From NCBI GenBank assembly GCA_046313635.1, contig JBKBYA010000004.1, positions 160,001 through 224,000 of the forward strand: 64,000 nt of DNA, in the 5' to 3' direction. The notes below the pieces were generated by a model. It was given only the letters and a program-made list of their open reading frames with translations, was not told where the DNA came from and ran no database searches. The position numbers and the translations under genes are program-made. This DNA is from Pyrinomonadaceae bacterium (GTDB lineage: Bacteria; Acidobacteriota; Blastocatellia; Pyrinomonadales; Pyrinomonadaceae). Below, piece after piece: positions 1-9,244 of the stretch; the first letter of the stretch is position 1, and every line of letters begins with the position of its first letter.

Positions 1-153
1 CCCAGTTGCTTTGTGCCGGCTGCGGGTGGCATAGTCATTGCTCCACACGGTCGGAATCTTTTTGTATTGTTCGCTCGCCCGATTCGAAAAATGACAATTT
101 GAACGTTGGTTATTTGCTCTTGCGGGGCGGCGATCTGTTTGGGAGAAGGAATA

Positions 154-2178
154 ATGAGACCTGTAAAACACTTTGAGAAGGGATTGACCTATGTGGCGTC
201 CGGGCTGTTCAACGCTATCAGATCGGTGAATCAGTTCAAACCAAATCCATCATTCACACCGAAGTGGGCGGACAGACCCATTCTCAAGTCGTGGGAGAAG
301 TCCAAGCCGACGCTCGGCTTTCCGCGTCAGACCGATTCGCTCTGTCCGAACTGCGTGATCGAGGCCCGCGAGGAGATCCTCGCCGGCAAGCGCGACGTTT
401 CGACGCTGATCAACGAGAAGGTCGGTGAGATCAAGGCCCAGATCATCGAACGCGACGGTCAGATCTGGATGATCAAGGACTGCCCGCAGCACGGCCACTT
501 TGAGGACCTGATGGCTATCGACTCCGAGTTTCTCAAGCACATCGAGTCGCTCTTCCCGGGCCGCGACATGCAGTCGCACAACGACGAGAAACTTCACAAT
601 CACGGCTCGTCGTCGATCAAGTACGGCCGCGGCGCGGTCCTCACGGTCGACCTGACGAATCGCTGCAACATGATGTGCGACCCTTGCTTCATGGACGCGA
701 ACCAGGTCGGCTTCGTTCACGAGCTGTCGATGGAGGACGTCAAGGAGATCCTCGACAACGCCATCTCGATCAAGCCGCGTCGTCAGATGTCGGTGCAGTA
801 TTCGGGCGGTGAGCCGACGCTGTCGCCGCACTTTATCGAGGCCATCCGATATGCTCGCAAGGTCGGCTACAACTCGGTCCAGGCAGCGACCAACGGTATC
901 GAGTTTGCCAAGTCAAAAGAATTCTGCCGCCAGGCGGCCGAGGCCGGACTTCGCTTTGTTTACCTGCAGTTTGACGGCATCGGTAACGACGCCAACTCGC
1001 ACCGTCAGATCGGCAACCTGTTTGACGTCAAGCTGCGTGCGATCAACAACCTGCACGAGGCAGGCGTCGACATCATCCTCGTTACGACGCTCGTCAACGG
1101 CATCAACAACGACCAGGTCGGATCGATCATCCGCTTCGCTCTGGACAATCCGAAAAAGATCTCGTTCATCGCCTTCCAGCCGGTCTCGTTTACGGGCCGC
1201 GACGAGCACATCACCGAGCAGCGTCGCCTGCAGCAGCGCTACACGCTGTCGCACCTCGCGCAGGACGTGCAGAAGCAGGTCGGCATCACCGAGCCGACGC
1301 GTGACTGGTTCCCGCTCTCGCTGATGGGTGCATTCGCGGACTTTGCGGACGTGGTCCACGGGCCCGAGGCCGAATGGGGACAGGTCAGCTGCGGCTGCCA
1401 CCCGAACTGCGGCGTCGGTACCGCGGTGATGGTCAACAAGGAAACAAAGGAGATGGCTCCCGTGCCGCAGTTCCTGAACATTCAGGGCCTCGTCCGCGAC
1501 ATGCAGCACATCACCGACACCAACCGCGGAAAGTGGTTCTCAAACTTTATGATGGGCCTCGCGCTCCTCAAGAACTACAACCCGTACGGCGCTCCCGAGA
1601 GCCTGACGCTCGGCGGCATCCTGAAAAAGTTTGACAAGTCGTTTGGCCTGTCGGGCAAGGATTACGGCAAGGTCGGTCCCGACCGCACGATGGAGGACAT
1701 CGAAAAGCGTCGTCAAGACCCGTGGAACTTCCTCTTCATCGCCGGAATGTGGTTTCAGGACCTCTTCAATTACGACTTCCGCCGCACGGAGATGTGCATC
1801 ATCCCCTACGGCACTCAGGAGGGCGAGATCTCGTTCTGTGCCTACAACACCGGCATCGGCTGGCGCAACATCATCGAGCATATGCACCAGAATGCGACCG
1901 TCGCGCAGTGGTACAAAGAGCACGGGCGTCACGAGGTATTCGCTCGCGGCAAGCACGTCGAGCTCGGCGAGGCGACGCACAGCCTCGTCCTGAACGAGGT
2001 CGACCTGCAGCGTCCGAACAAGCCGCACATGGACGGCCCGAAGACCGCCGCCGAGGAGATGCAGATGATGCGCAAACTCTACCAGCAGATGGTCCTCGAA
2101 AAGAATCAGATCAAGGGCGAAAACCTCGTCCAGATCGGCGGTCTGAAAAAAGAGAAACAGGAAACGGCCGGAGCCTAA
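154..2178 (+). CDS. Radical SAM protein, tetraether synthase (Tes/GDGT-MAS, MJ0619-family) homologue
   Basis: N-terminal SLCPNC...KDCPQHG metal site, VDLTNRCNMMCDPCF radical SAM motif, QYSGGEPT, ATNG, YLQFDG, FQPVSFTGR, HPNCG and C-terminal MWFQD..N.D.RR...CIIPY...SFCAYN. ATG at 154 follows GGAGAAGGA. Confidence 0.85.
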   Translation: MRPVKHFEKGLTYVASGLFNAIRSVNQFKPNPSFTPKWADRPILKSWEKSKPTLGFPRQTDSLCPNCVIEAREEILAGKRDVSTLINEKVGEIKAQIIERDGQIWMIKDCPQHGHFEDLMAIDSEFLKHIESLFPGRDMQSHNDEKLHNHGSSSIKYGRGAVLTVDLTNRCNMMCDPCFMDANQVGFVHELSMEDVKEILDNAISIKPRRQMSVQYSGGEPTLSPHFIEAIRYARKVGYNSVQAATNGIEFAKSKEFCRQAAEAGLRFVYLQFDGIGNDANSHRQIGNLFDVKLRAINNLHEAGVDIILVTTLVNGINNDQVGSIIRFALDNPKKISFIAFQPVSFTGRDEHITEQRRLQQRYTLSHLAQDVQKQVGITEPTRDWFPLSLMGAFADFADVVHGPEAEWGQVSCGCHPNCGVGTAVMVNKETKEMAPVPQFLNIQGLVRDMQHITDTNRGKWFSNFMMGLALLKNYNPYGAPESLTLGGILKKFDKSFGLSGKDYGKVGPDRTMEDIEKRRQDPWNFLFIAGMWFQDLFNYDFRRTEMCIIPYGTQEGEISFCAYNTGIGWRNIIEHMHQNATVAQWYKEHGRHEVFARGKHVELGEATHSLVLNEVDLQRPNKPHMDGPKTAAEEMQMMRKLYQQMVLEKNQIKGENLVQIGGLKKEKQETAGA

Positions 2179-2204
2179 GATCGGCACTCCGTTTCGATGG
2201 ACGT

Positions 2205-2238
2205 AAAAGCCTCGCGGCCCACCGCCGCGAGGCTTTTT
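2205..2238 (+). terminator. Intrinsic terminator after radical SAM gene
   Basis: AAAAGCCTCGCGG-cccaccg-CCGCGAGGCTTTTT hairpin with U tract. Confidence 0.85.
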
Positions 2239-2280
2239 GCTTCCAGGCTCGGGGCCGAGCTCGACCGTCCTTCGGGCTCG

Positions 2281-2309
2281 TTGACTTCGACGCGTCGGCA
2301 GGCAATAAT
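2281..2309 (+). promoter_or_regulatory. Candidate sigma70 promoter for the B12 uptake operon
   Basis: TTGACT-17 nt-AATAAT just upstream of the riboswitch. Confidence 0.5.
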
Positions 2310-2334
2310 CTGCCACTTGATCTTTTAAGAAATT

Positions 2335-2503
2335 GCTCCGGTCGTGCCGCAGTCGATGTGCGGCCGCCGAGGGGAAGCGGGTGAGAATCCCGCACGATCG
2401 CGTCACCGTGAATCGATTAGGTTGCGAAGCCGGTTCGGATGTTCTTAATCCGCACTCCGCGTTCCGCATTCCGCATTCGAAAGTCGGGCCGCCTCGCCGG
2501 AGC
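2335..2503 (+). ncRNA. Cobalamin riboswitch 1
   Basis: GGGAA-GCGGGTGAGAATCCCGCAC...CACCGTG core, 3' AAGTCGGG box, closing helix GCTCCGG/CCGGAGC; lies upstream of btuF-like gene. Confidence 0.85.
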
Positions 2504-2569
2504 TGTTTGCCTCGAGATGTTCGCGCTAAGCATCTGCGGCAGGAAGATTCGGAAGCTTAGCTCCAAGCT

Positions 2570-2629
2570 AAAACGCCTTGTTTTCCGGCTCCGTCGATGC
2601 GGGCCGCGAAAGCAAGGCGTTTTGATTTG
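2570..2629 (+). terminator. Terminator-like hairpin, probable expression platform of riboswitch 1
   Basis: AAAACGCCTTG...CAAGGCGTTTT long stem followed by GATTT, immediately before the btuF start. Confidence 0.6.
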
Positions 2630-2641
2630 AGCAGGTAGATC

Positions 2642-3568
2642 TTGGAACAGAAACAAAAACAGATCCTCGGTGCCGGCCGTGCCGGCGTAGTTGCGGCGTT
2701 GGCGCTGTGCATCGCAATGTCCATCGCGTGTTCGCAAAGCGAGGCTAATGATTCGTCAGCCTATCGAGGCCCGGTCGCCGCCGTAGTCCTGAGGGATGAC
2801 CTTGGACGAGAAGTGAAGCTGCCCGCGAATGTCCGGCGTGCCGTTTCGCTTGCGCCGAGCGTTACCGAATTGATCTTCGCAGCCGGCGGGGGCGACCGGC
2901 TTGTCGGCGTGACGAGCTACTGCGACTATCCAGAAGCCGCGCTTTCGATCGGGAAGGTCGGCGACACGCAGACGCCGAACATCGAGCGGATCGTCGCGCT
3001 CAAGCCGGACGTCGTATTCGTCTCGACCGCTTCGCAGCTTGAGGCTTTTACCTCGACGCTCGCCGAGCAGAACATCGCGGTCTACGTTATCGATCCGAAA
3101 GACATCGGCGAGGTGACAAAGAAGCTCCGAGACCTCGGCGAGATATTCGGCACATCGCAGCTCGCCGACGCTGCCGCTGCCGAACTCGAACGCCGGGCAG
3201 CCGTCGTCGCCGCGAAGGACGGCGTCCGGCCGCGCGTCTTTGTACAGATCTCGCGCGAGCCGCTGTTTGCGGTGGGCCGCACGTCTTTTATCGCCCCGCT
3301 GGTCGAGCGTGCCGGCGGCGAGCTTGTGACCAAGGACATCGCGTCCGCATTTCCCAAGCTCAGCAAAGAGACCGCGTCGGCGATGGCTCCCGACGTTATC
3401 GTCCTCTCTGACAGCGAAGACAATCGCGAGCCGAACGACGCATTCAAAAATTCGCCCGCGGTTTTGAATGGCCGCGTTTACCGGATCGACGCCGACATCA
3501 TCTCGCGGCCCGGCCCGCGGCTTGTCGATGCGCTCGAGCAGATCTCGGGCTTTTTACGCGGGCGATGA
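2642..3568 (+). CDS. btuF: Cobalamin ABC transporter substrate-binding lipoprotein
   Basis: Lipobox SIAC; RAVSLAPSVTE, GVTSYCDYP, PNIERIVALKPD, RPGPRL motifs; downstream of a Cbl riboswitch. Confidence 0.85.
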   Translation: MEQKQKQILGAGRAGVVAALALCIAMSIACSQSEANDSSAYRGPVAAVVLRDDLGREVKLPANVRRAVSLAPSVTELIFAAGGGDRLVGVTSYCDYPEAALSIGKVGDTQTPNIERIVALKPDVVFVSTASQLEAFTSTLAEQNIAVYVIDPKDIGEVTKKLRDLGEIFGTSQLADAAAAELERRAAVVAAKDGVRPRVFVQISREPLFAVGRTSFIAPLVERAGGELVTKDIASAFPKLSKETASAMAPDVIVLSDSEDNREPNDAFKNSPAVLNGRVYRIDADIISRPGPRLVDALEQISGFLRGR

Positions 3569-4521
3569 ATAGAGGTCGATCGTCGATATTCCTCCTGCTC
3601 GCGCTGCTGCTGCTCGGAGCACTCACGCTCGGCGCCGCGGTCGGCAGCGAATGGATAAACGTCTTTGATCTCTCTCACGAGACGCGGGCGATCCTCCTCG
3701 ACATTCGCCTGCCGCGCGTTCTGCTGGCCGCGAGCGTGGGGGCCGGCCTAGCGGTCGCCGGAGCGGCGCTGCAGTCGCTTTTAAGGAATCCGCTCGCCGA
3801 GCCGTATCTGCTCGGCGTCTCGAATGGGGCCGCGCTGGGCACGATGCTCGCGTTGGTGCTGTTTGAGCAGGTCGCTTTTGCGAGGCCTCTGCTCGCTTTT
3901 GCCGGGGCTGTCGCGGCGACGCTGCTCGTTTACCAGATGGCACGCAGCCGCGCGGGAATGAATGTCGAGCGGCTCGTGCTCTCGGGCGTGATCGTGACGA
4001 CGTTCCTGTCGTCGATCATCGTCCTGCTGACGACGCTACTCGACGCGGCGCGGCTGCGGGGGTTTACGTTTTGGCTGCTCGGCGATCTCTCGCAGGCGAC
4101 GTGGCAGGGATTTTATTTGACGGTCGTCGCCGCGGTGTTGGGGACAATCGTTCTCTCGTCGCAGGCCCGCGGCCTGAACCTGATGATGATCGGCGAACGC
4201 GACGCTATCGACTATGGCGTCGAGGTCGGCCGCGTGCGAATGATCGTTTTCGGCACGGCGAGCATGCTTGTCGGGGCCGCCGTCGCAGCGAGCGGCTCGG
4301 TCGGCTACGTCGGCCTCATCGTGCCGCATCTGATCAGGCTGGCCATCGGCCGCAGCGATAATCGGATCGTCGTGCCGGCGTCGGCACTTGCCGGCGGAGC
4401 TTTCGTCGTGCTGGCCGACGCCTTTGCCCGCACCGCGATCGCACCGCGCGAGCTGCCCGTCGGAGCGATCACCGCGCTGATCGGAGCCCCGCTATTTATT
4501 TACTTATTGAGGCGAGGTTAA
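3565..4521 (+). CDS. btuC: FecCD/BtuC-family ABC permease
   Basis: IRLPRVL, LQSLLRNPLAEPYLLGVS, GYVGLIVPH, ELPVGAITALIGAP. Confidence 0.9.
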   Translation: MNRGRSSIFLLLALLLLGALTLGAAVGSEWINVFDLSHETRAILLDIRLPRVLLAASVGAGLAVAGAALQSLLRNPLAEPYLLGVSNGAALGTMLALVLFEQVAFARPLLAFAGAVAATLLVYQMARSRAGMNVERLVLSGVIVTTFLSSIIVLLTTLLDAARLRGFTFWLLGDLSQATWQGFYLTVVAAVLGTIVLSSQARGLNLMMIGERDAIDYGVEVGRVRMIVFGTASMLVGAAVAASGSVGYVGLIVPHLIRLAIGRSDNRIVVPASALAGGAFVVLADAFARTAIAPRELPVGAITALIGAPLFIYLLRRG

Positions 4522-4536
4522 AGATCGTCGAAGGTC

Positions 4537-4569
4537 AATTAGTAATTAACCAATTACTAATTATTAATT
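4537..4569. repeat. AT-rich 7-bp-periodic palindrome
   Basis: AATTAGTAATT-aacc-AATTACTAATT perfect inverted repeat plus an extra ATTAATT unit. Confidence 0.75.
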
Positions 4570-4578
4570 AGTTTTCAG

Positions 4579-5349
4579 ATGCTGACGGCTGTCGACATTT
4601 CGGTGAAGTTTGGTTCGCGACGCGTGCTCGAGCGGGTCAGTTTAGATCTCGACCGCGGCGAGACCCTCGCGCTCGTCGGGCCGAACGGGGCCGGTAAGAC
4701 GACGCTTATCCGAACGCTCAACGGCACGCTGCCGATCGCGTCGGGCAAGATCGTGCTCGACGGTCGAAAGCTGGATGAAATGTCGCGACGAGAGATCTCG
4801 CGCCGCATCGCTGTAGTCGCGCAGGAGAACGAGACGAAGTTTCCGGTCACGGTGCTCGAGTTTGTCTTGACCGGGCGATTCGTGCACGGCCGCGCCTTCG
4901 GCTGGGAGACCGACGACGACGTTCGCATCGCCGAACGAGCGCTTGCAGACTGCGATCTTGCCGATCACAAAAGCCGTCTGATGAACGAGCTCTCGGGCGG
5001 CGAGCGCCAGCGTGTCGTGCTCGCACGCGCGCTGGCGAGCGGTGCCGATATCCTTTTGCTCGACGAGCCCACGGCGAATCTCGACCTCGCGCACCAGGCG
5101 ATGATGTTTCGTCTCGTCCGCGAACGCTGCCGCGGCTGCGGCGGCTCGGCTGTAGTGATCACGCACGACCTTAATCTCGCTGCGCAATTCGCCGACCGCA
5201 TCGTGATGCTGAAGGGCGGGCGAGTATTTGCAACGGGCGCTCCGGGTGAGGTTTTGACCGCCGAGAATATCGCCGCGGTCTTCGGCGTCGACGTCCTGCT
5301 CGACGCAAATCCGCGGAGCGGCAGCATCCGCGTGACTAATCTGTTTTGA
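4579..5349 (+). CDS. btuD: Cobalamin/iron-complex ABC transporter ATPase
   Basis: GPNGAGKT Walker A, LSGGERQR signature, LLLDEPT, HDLNLA. Confidence 0.88.
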   Translation: MLTAVDISVKFGSRRVLERVSLDLDRGETLALVGPNGAGKTTLIRTLNGTLPIASGKIVLDGRKLDEMSRREISRRIAVVAQENETKFPVTVLEFVLTGRFVHGRAFGWETDDDVRIAERALADCDLADHKSRLMNELSGGERQRVVLARALASGADILLLDEPTANLDLAHQAMMFRLVRERCRGCGGSAVVITHDLNLAAQFADRIVMLKGGRVFATGAPGEVLTAENIAAVFGVDVLLDANPRSGSIRVTNLF

Positions 5350-5386
5350 ATTCGAGAAGCGGTCGACAGATCGCTTCAATGTTTGG

Positions 5387-5518
5387 CAGACGTCGTGGAG
5401 GAAGTCCGGTGAAAAGCCGGCACTGCCCACGCAACCGTGATCCATTCTCCCACCGAGAGTCGGGAACTCCGCGGCGTTTGTTTGGCACTTGAATCGTCCT
5501 GCGATGGGCAGGAGAGGG
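5387..5518 (+). ncRNA. Cobalamin riboswitch 2 (compact form) controlling btuB
   Basis: GGAAGTCCGGTGAAAAGCCGGCACTGCCCACGCAACCGTG core, GAGTCGGGAAC box, closing helix CAGACGTCGTGGAG/CTCCGCGGCGTTTG. A downstream TCCTGC-gatgg-GCAGGA hairpin overlaps the SD. Confidence 0.88.
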
Positions 5519-5525
5519 AAATTTG

Positions 5526-7940
5526 ATGAGCACACTCAAACTGATCGTAATTTTTACAGCACTTACTTTTTTGAATTTTGGACAGCTGCCCGCATCGGCG
5601 CAGCAGGCGGGCAGATCCGGGTCGCTCGCGGGACGCGTCACGCAGAAGGGTGCTCCCGTCGCGGGAGCGAGGGTCGAGGCGACCGTTCACGACCCGGCAG
5701 GGAACAAGACCACGGCGACGACCACAGACGCCGACGGGCGATACCGTTTGGACGATCTGAAACCGGGCGACTATATGGTCATCGCCGAGGGCGAACGCGG
5801 CAAGGGCATCGCCTATCGCGACTCCGTGAAGGTCGGAGCGGGCCAGAATGTCGCCCTCGACCTCGTGCTCAATATGGATGACTACAAGGTCTTTGAGTCC
5901 ACGTTCAGGCTGAGCGAGATCGTGCAGGTTGCGGCCGACCTGCCTCAATCTATCGACGAGGTTTCAAAGACAGTGAATGTGATCGGCGCCGACGAGATGC
6001 GCGAGCGGGCTGATATCACTCTCGTCGACAGCCTGCGGACGATACCGGGATTTCGCGTGCAGCAGCTCGGCGGATTTGGCCGCACGGCGTCGATCAAGAC
6101 GCGCGGGTTGAGGAATCAGGATACCGCTATGTTGATCGACGGCGTACGCCTGCGCGACGCGGCGTCGATCACCGGTGACGCGACGCCGTTCTTGAGCGAC
6201 CTCACATTGACGAGCGTGAGCCGAGTCGAGGTACTTCGAGGTTCGGGTTCGTCCGTTTACGGCACGAACGCGATCGGCGGCGTGATCGATCTAGTCACGC
6301 CCGAGCCGCAGCCCGGCCCGCACGGGCAGGTGTCATTCGCAGCCGGCGGATTGGGCCTCGCGAGGTTTCGCGGGAATTTCTCCGACACCGCAAATGGCGG
6401 CCGCTTCGGCTTTAACGCCGCGGTCTCGCGCACCGTTTACACAAAGGGCATCGACGGCCAGGACGACGCGCATAATACGAATTTCCAGAGCAAGATCGAC
6501 TATCGGCCATGGGAGGAGACGGTCGTCTCGGGCCGATTCTTTGTCTCGGACGCGTACGTCCGCCTCAACGACAGCCCCGATACTTTTGGCGTTTTGCCGT
6601 CGACGAATCGCGGCATCATCGACGCGGTCGCCGGTCGAACGTTCGTTCCCGACCGCAACGATCCTAACAGCACGCAGCGTTCAAAATTCGTGAATGCGCA
6701 GCTCGTCTTCAATCACGTCTTCAACGCAAAGACCGTCCTGCAGGCGTGGTACTCCGGCCTCAAGACCTCGCGCAAGAATGACGACAGTTTTTTCACCGCG
6801 GGCACACGATCCGGCTCGGCGAGCTTTTTTGACGGGCTGATCCAGACCGCGCACGCTCACGTCGACTGGTCTGCGAGCGAAAATAATCGCCTCGTCCTCG
6901 GCTACGAATATGAGAACGAGAAATTCGGCAACCGCGGCGAATCATTTCCCGGCGGGTCGCTCAACTTTTTCACGCGGGCTTATCAATCGAGCAACACATT
7001 TTATGCGCAGGACCTCGTGTCGCTGCTCGACGGCCGTTTGAATCTCGCGGGCGGCGTGCGGGCGCAGATCTTTGGGCTCTCCGATCCGAAGTTCAGCACG
7101 GCGAACGCGCCGTATTCAAACCTCACGCTCGACAACCCGCCGACCGCTTACACCTTTGACGGCTCGGCGGCGTACTTCTTCGCAAAGACAAACACCAAGC
7201 TGCGCGCGCACGTCGGCAACGGTTACCGCGTGCCCTCGCTGTACGAGCGGTTCGGCTCGTTTTACAGCACGTTCTTTAACCCGCCGTTTGTCGCGCTCGG
7301 CGATCCGAATCTTGAGCCCGAGCGGTCGATCGCGTTCGATGCCGGCATCGAACAACTCCTCGGCGGCCGCGCGCGTCTGACGGCCGTATATTTTTACACG
7401 CGGCTGATCGATACGATCGGCTACGGCAACGTCGTCCGCTCGATCGGCTCGACCGCGCGGCCCTTTGGCGGTTACGAAAATCAAAAAGGCGGCATCGCTC
7501 GCGGCGGCGAATTCAGCGCGACGTATTCGCCGGTAAATTCGACGAGCATCTTCACGTCCTATACCTACACAAACAGCGACCAGCGCTCGCCGCAGGTGTC
7601 GGGCAGCGGCGTCGTGCGGACGCTCGGCATTCCGGAGCATCAGTTCACGCTCGTCGCGACGCAGCGGATCAAGCGGTTTTGGGCGAGCTTCGACTTCACG
7701 GGCACGTCCGATTATCTCGCGCCGATCTTTAGCGGATCGAACTTCCAGACCTACGTCTACCGCTTCCGCGGCCAGCGCCGCGGCGACCTGACGGCCGGCT
7801 ACAACTTCACGATGCGGCGGGACAAGCTGAACCTGCGCGTCTTCGGCACCGTCGAGAATGTCTTTGACGACGAGTACTACGAGAACGGATTTCGCACGCC
7901 CGGCCGCAACGGCCGCATCGGCGTGAGCTTCGGTTTTTAG
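5526..7940 (+). CDS. btuB: TonB-dependent cobalamin receptor with N-terminal carboxypeptidase-regulatory-like domain
   Basis: Signal peptide, plug motifs (LIDGVR, RVEVLRGSGSSVYGTNAIGGVI), C-terminal Phe; directly behind a Cbl riboswitch. Confidence 0.85.
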   Translation: MSTLKLIVIFTALTFLNFGQLPASAQQAGRSGSLAGRVTQKGAPVAGARVEATVHDPAGNKTTATTTDADGRYRLDDLKPGDYMVIAEGERGKGIAYRDSVKVGAGQNVALDLVLNMDDYKVFESTFRLSEIVQVAADLPQSIDEVSKTVNVIGADEMRERADITLVDSLRTIPGFRVQQLGGFGRTASIKTRGLRNQDTAMLIDGVRLRDAASITGDATPFLSDLTLTSVSRVEVLRGSGSSVYGTNAIGGVIDLVTPEPQPGPHGQVSFAAGGLGLARFRGNFSDTANGGRFGFNAAVSRTVYTKGIDGQDDAHNTNFQSKIDYRPWEETVVSGRFFVSDAYVRLNDSPDTFGVLPSTNRGIIDAVAGRTFVPDRNDPNSTQRSKFVNAQLVFNHVFNAKTVLQAWYSGLKTSRKNDDSFFTAGTRSGSASFFDGLIQTAHAHVDWSASENNRLVLGYEYENEKFGNRGESFPGGSLNFFTRAYQSSNTFYAQDLVSLLDGRLNLAGGVRAQIFGLSDPKFSTANAPYSNLTLDNPPTAYTFDGSAAYFFAKTNTKLRAHVGNGYRVPSLYERFGSFYSTFFNPPFVALGDPNLEPERSIAFDAGIEQLLGGRARLTAVYFYTRLIDTIGYGNVVRSIGSTARPFGGYENQKGGIARGGEFSATYSPVNSTSIFTSYTYTNSDQRSPQVSGSGVVRTLGIPEHQFTLVATQRIKRFWASFDFTGTSDYLAPIFSGSNFQTYVYRFRGQRRGDLTAGYNFTMRRDKLNLRVFGTVENVFDDEYYENGFRTPGRNGRIGVSFGF

Positions 7941-7964
7941 GGCCGAGGCAGGTCGTTCTCTCTG

Positions 7965-8051
7965 CTTTGCGTCCTCTGCCGACACTTTGCGACCTTTGCG
8001 GTTAACCTCTTTCTTAACCGCAAAGAACGCAAAGCAGCCGCAAAGGACGCA
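7965..8051. repeat. Palindromic element built of CTTTGCG/CGCAAAG units (about 9-bp period)
   Basis: CTTTGCGTCC...CTTTGCGACCTTTGCGGTTAA / TTAACCGCAAAGAACGCAAAG...CGCAAAGGACGCA. Confidence 0.8.
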
Positions 8052-8084
8052 CTACTTTTTGCCTTGTGTGCTGAGGAGGAGCTG

Positions 8085-8525
8085 GTCGAGCCGAGGTGAT
8101 CGGCGAGGAGGTAGCTCACGCTTGACCCCGCCTGCATCCGCAGCTTGTTGTCGATGCCGTGGGCCATTGAGATACTTCGTGATCGTGCCGTCTGATGCTT
8201 CGTCCATAAGCACTTCCTCGCCCTCATACGTGAACTTCACCGTCCCCTTCACCCCACCCCGCCGCGCCACACGGCGGCCGAGCGCGTCGTAGACATACCG
8301 GATCACATGCTTGCGGTCCGTCGCCCGCGTCAGACGGTTCTCGTAGTCCCAAAAGTACGTCCAACGCTTTGATCCCTCGATCTTGTTTATCGTGCTCCCG
8401 TTCGCATCGTAGCCGTAGCTCGCCGTCTGCGTCGCCGTCAGCTTGTTGAACGGCTGGTATGAATAGCTGTTTGACCGGTGGCTCAATATCCGGTTACCAA
8501 CCGCATCGTAAACATAGCTACTCCG
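8085..8525 (-). pseudogene. RHS/YD-repeat protein fragment, frameshifted
   Basis: YDAVGNR, YDANGS, WDYENRL, YDALGRR repeats. After YLNGP the sequence continues as GIDNKL...ADHLGS in another frame (about 8160), then ends. Confidence 0.8.
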
Positions 8526-8640
8526 ATCAAGTTGGTCAATATTACTGTTCGGGTAGGGATTCGTGGGACGCAATTTGTCGCACGCTCGTCTACTGCCGGA
8601 AGTGCTATCATCGGACAACAGACAAAGTGGAGAAGTTCTT

Positions 8641-9177
8641 ATGAAAAAGATCGCTGTATTTTTTTGCGTAGTCTTTTCATTGGCCGTCGCGGCGGTCTCG
8701 CAGACGCGGACGGTGACGAATCTTGACCTGCAGAAGTTTGAGCGGCAGAGGCTTGCCGACGAGCGCGAGTATCGCGAGACTTATGCGCGTCGCGGGATGC
8801 TTTCGCCGGAGGAGATTGACCGGCTCAATGATCAGCGGAGCAAGGAGATCATCGAGCTCGCGTCAAAGCTGCAATCGTCCGAGCTCGAACGCGAGAAGCT
8901 GCGCGCCGAGGTCGAGCTGCGGCGATACACGAGGCCGGTCGTCGTCGTCGCGGGCGGCGGGTATAAGTATCCGAGCGGTACGGTGTATGGCGGCTGGGAC
9001 GGGTTTGTGTTTGGCGATGCCTCTGGGCGTCGCGTTCGCGGCCGCGGCTATACGCCGCCGTATTACGCGGCGGGCGGCAGCACGTGGCCGGCACCGGTCG
9101 GGTCGGTCCATCGCGGAGCTCCGCTGTTTCGCATCCGGCCGCGGCCGCCGATCATCATCGTGCCGCCGAGGCGGTAA
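8641..9177 (+). CDS. Hypothetical secreted protein (coiled coil plus Gly/Pro/Arg-rich tail)
   Basis: MKK signal peptide; SD GGAG upstream. Confidence 0.7.
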   Translation: MKKIAVFFCVVFSLAVAAVSQTRTVTNLDLQKFERQRLADEREYRETYARRGMLSPEEIDRLNDQRSKEIIELASKLQSSELEREKLRAEVELRRYTRPVVVVAGGGYKYPSGTVYGGWDGFVFGDASGRRVRGRGYTPPYYAAGGSTWPAPVGSVHRGAPLFRIRPRPPIIIVPPRR

Positions 9178-9244
9178 ACGGGAATTAATTTTGTGTTTGA
9201 ATTGACGCGGATTATCATTTGATGGTTCGCGTCTTTATTTGTCT

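Noticed and set aside
154..7940. Functional link between the Tes homologue and B12 uptake genes
   Set aside because: A strong terminator and a separate promoter/riboswitch divide them, and the radical SAM protein has no recognisable cobalamin-binding domain.
8052..8618. Functional RHS toxin gene as given by the ORF track
   Set aside because: Only an internal frameshifted fragment; both ORF ends are non-homologous read-through.
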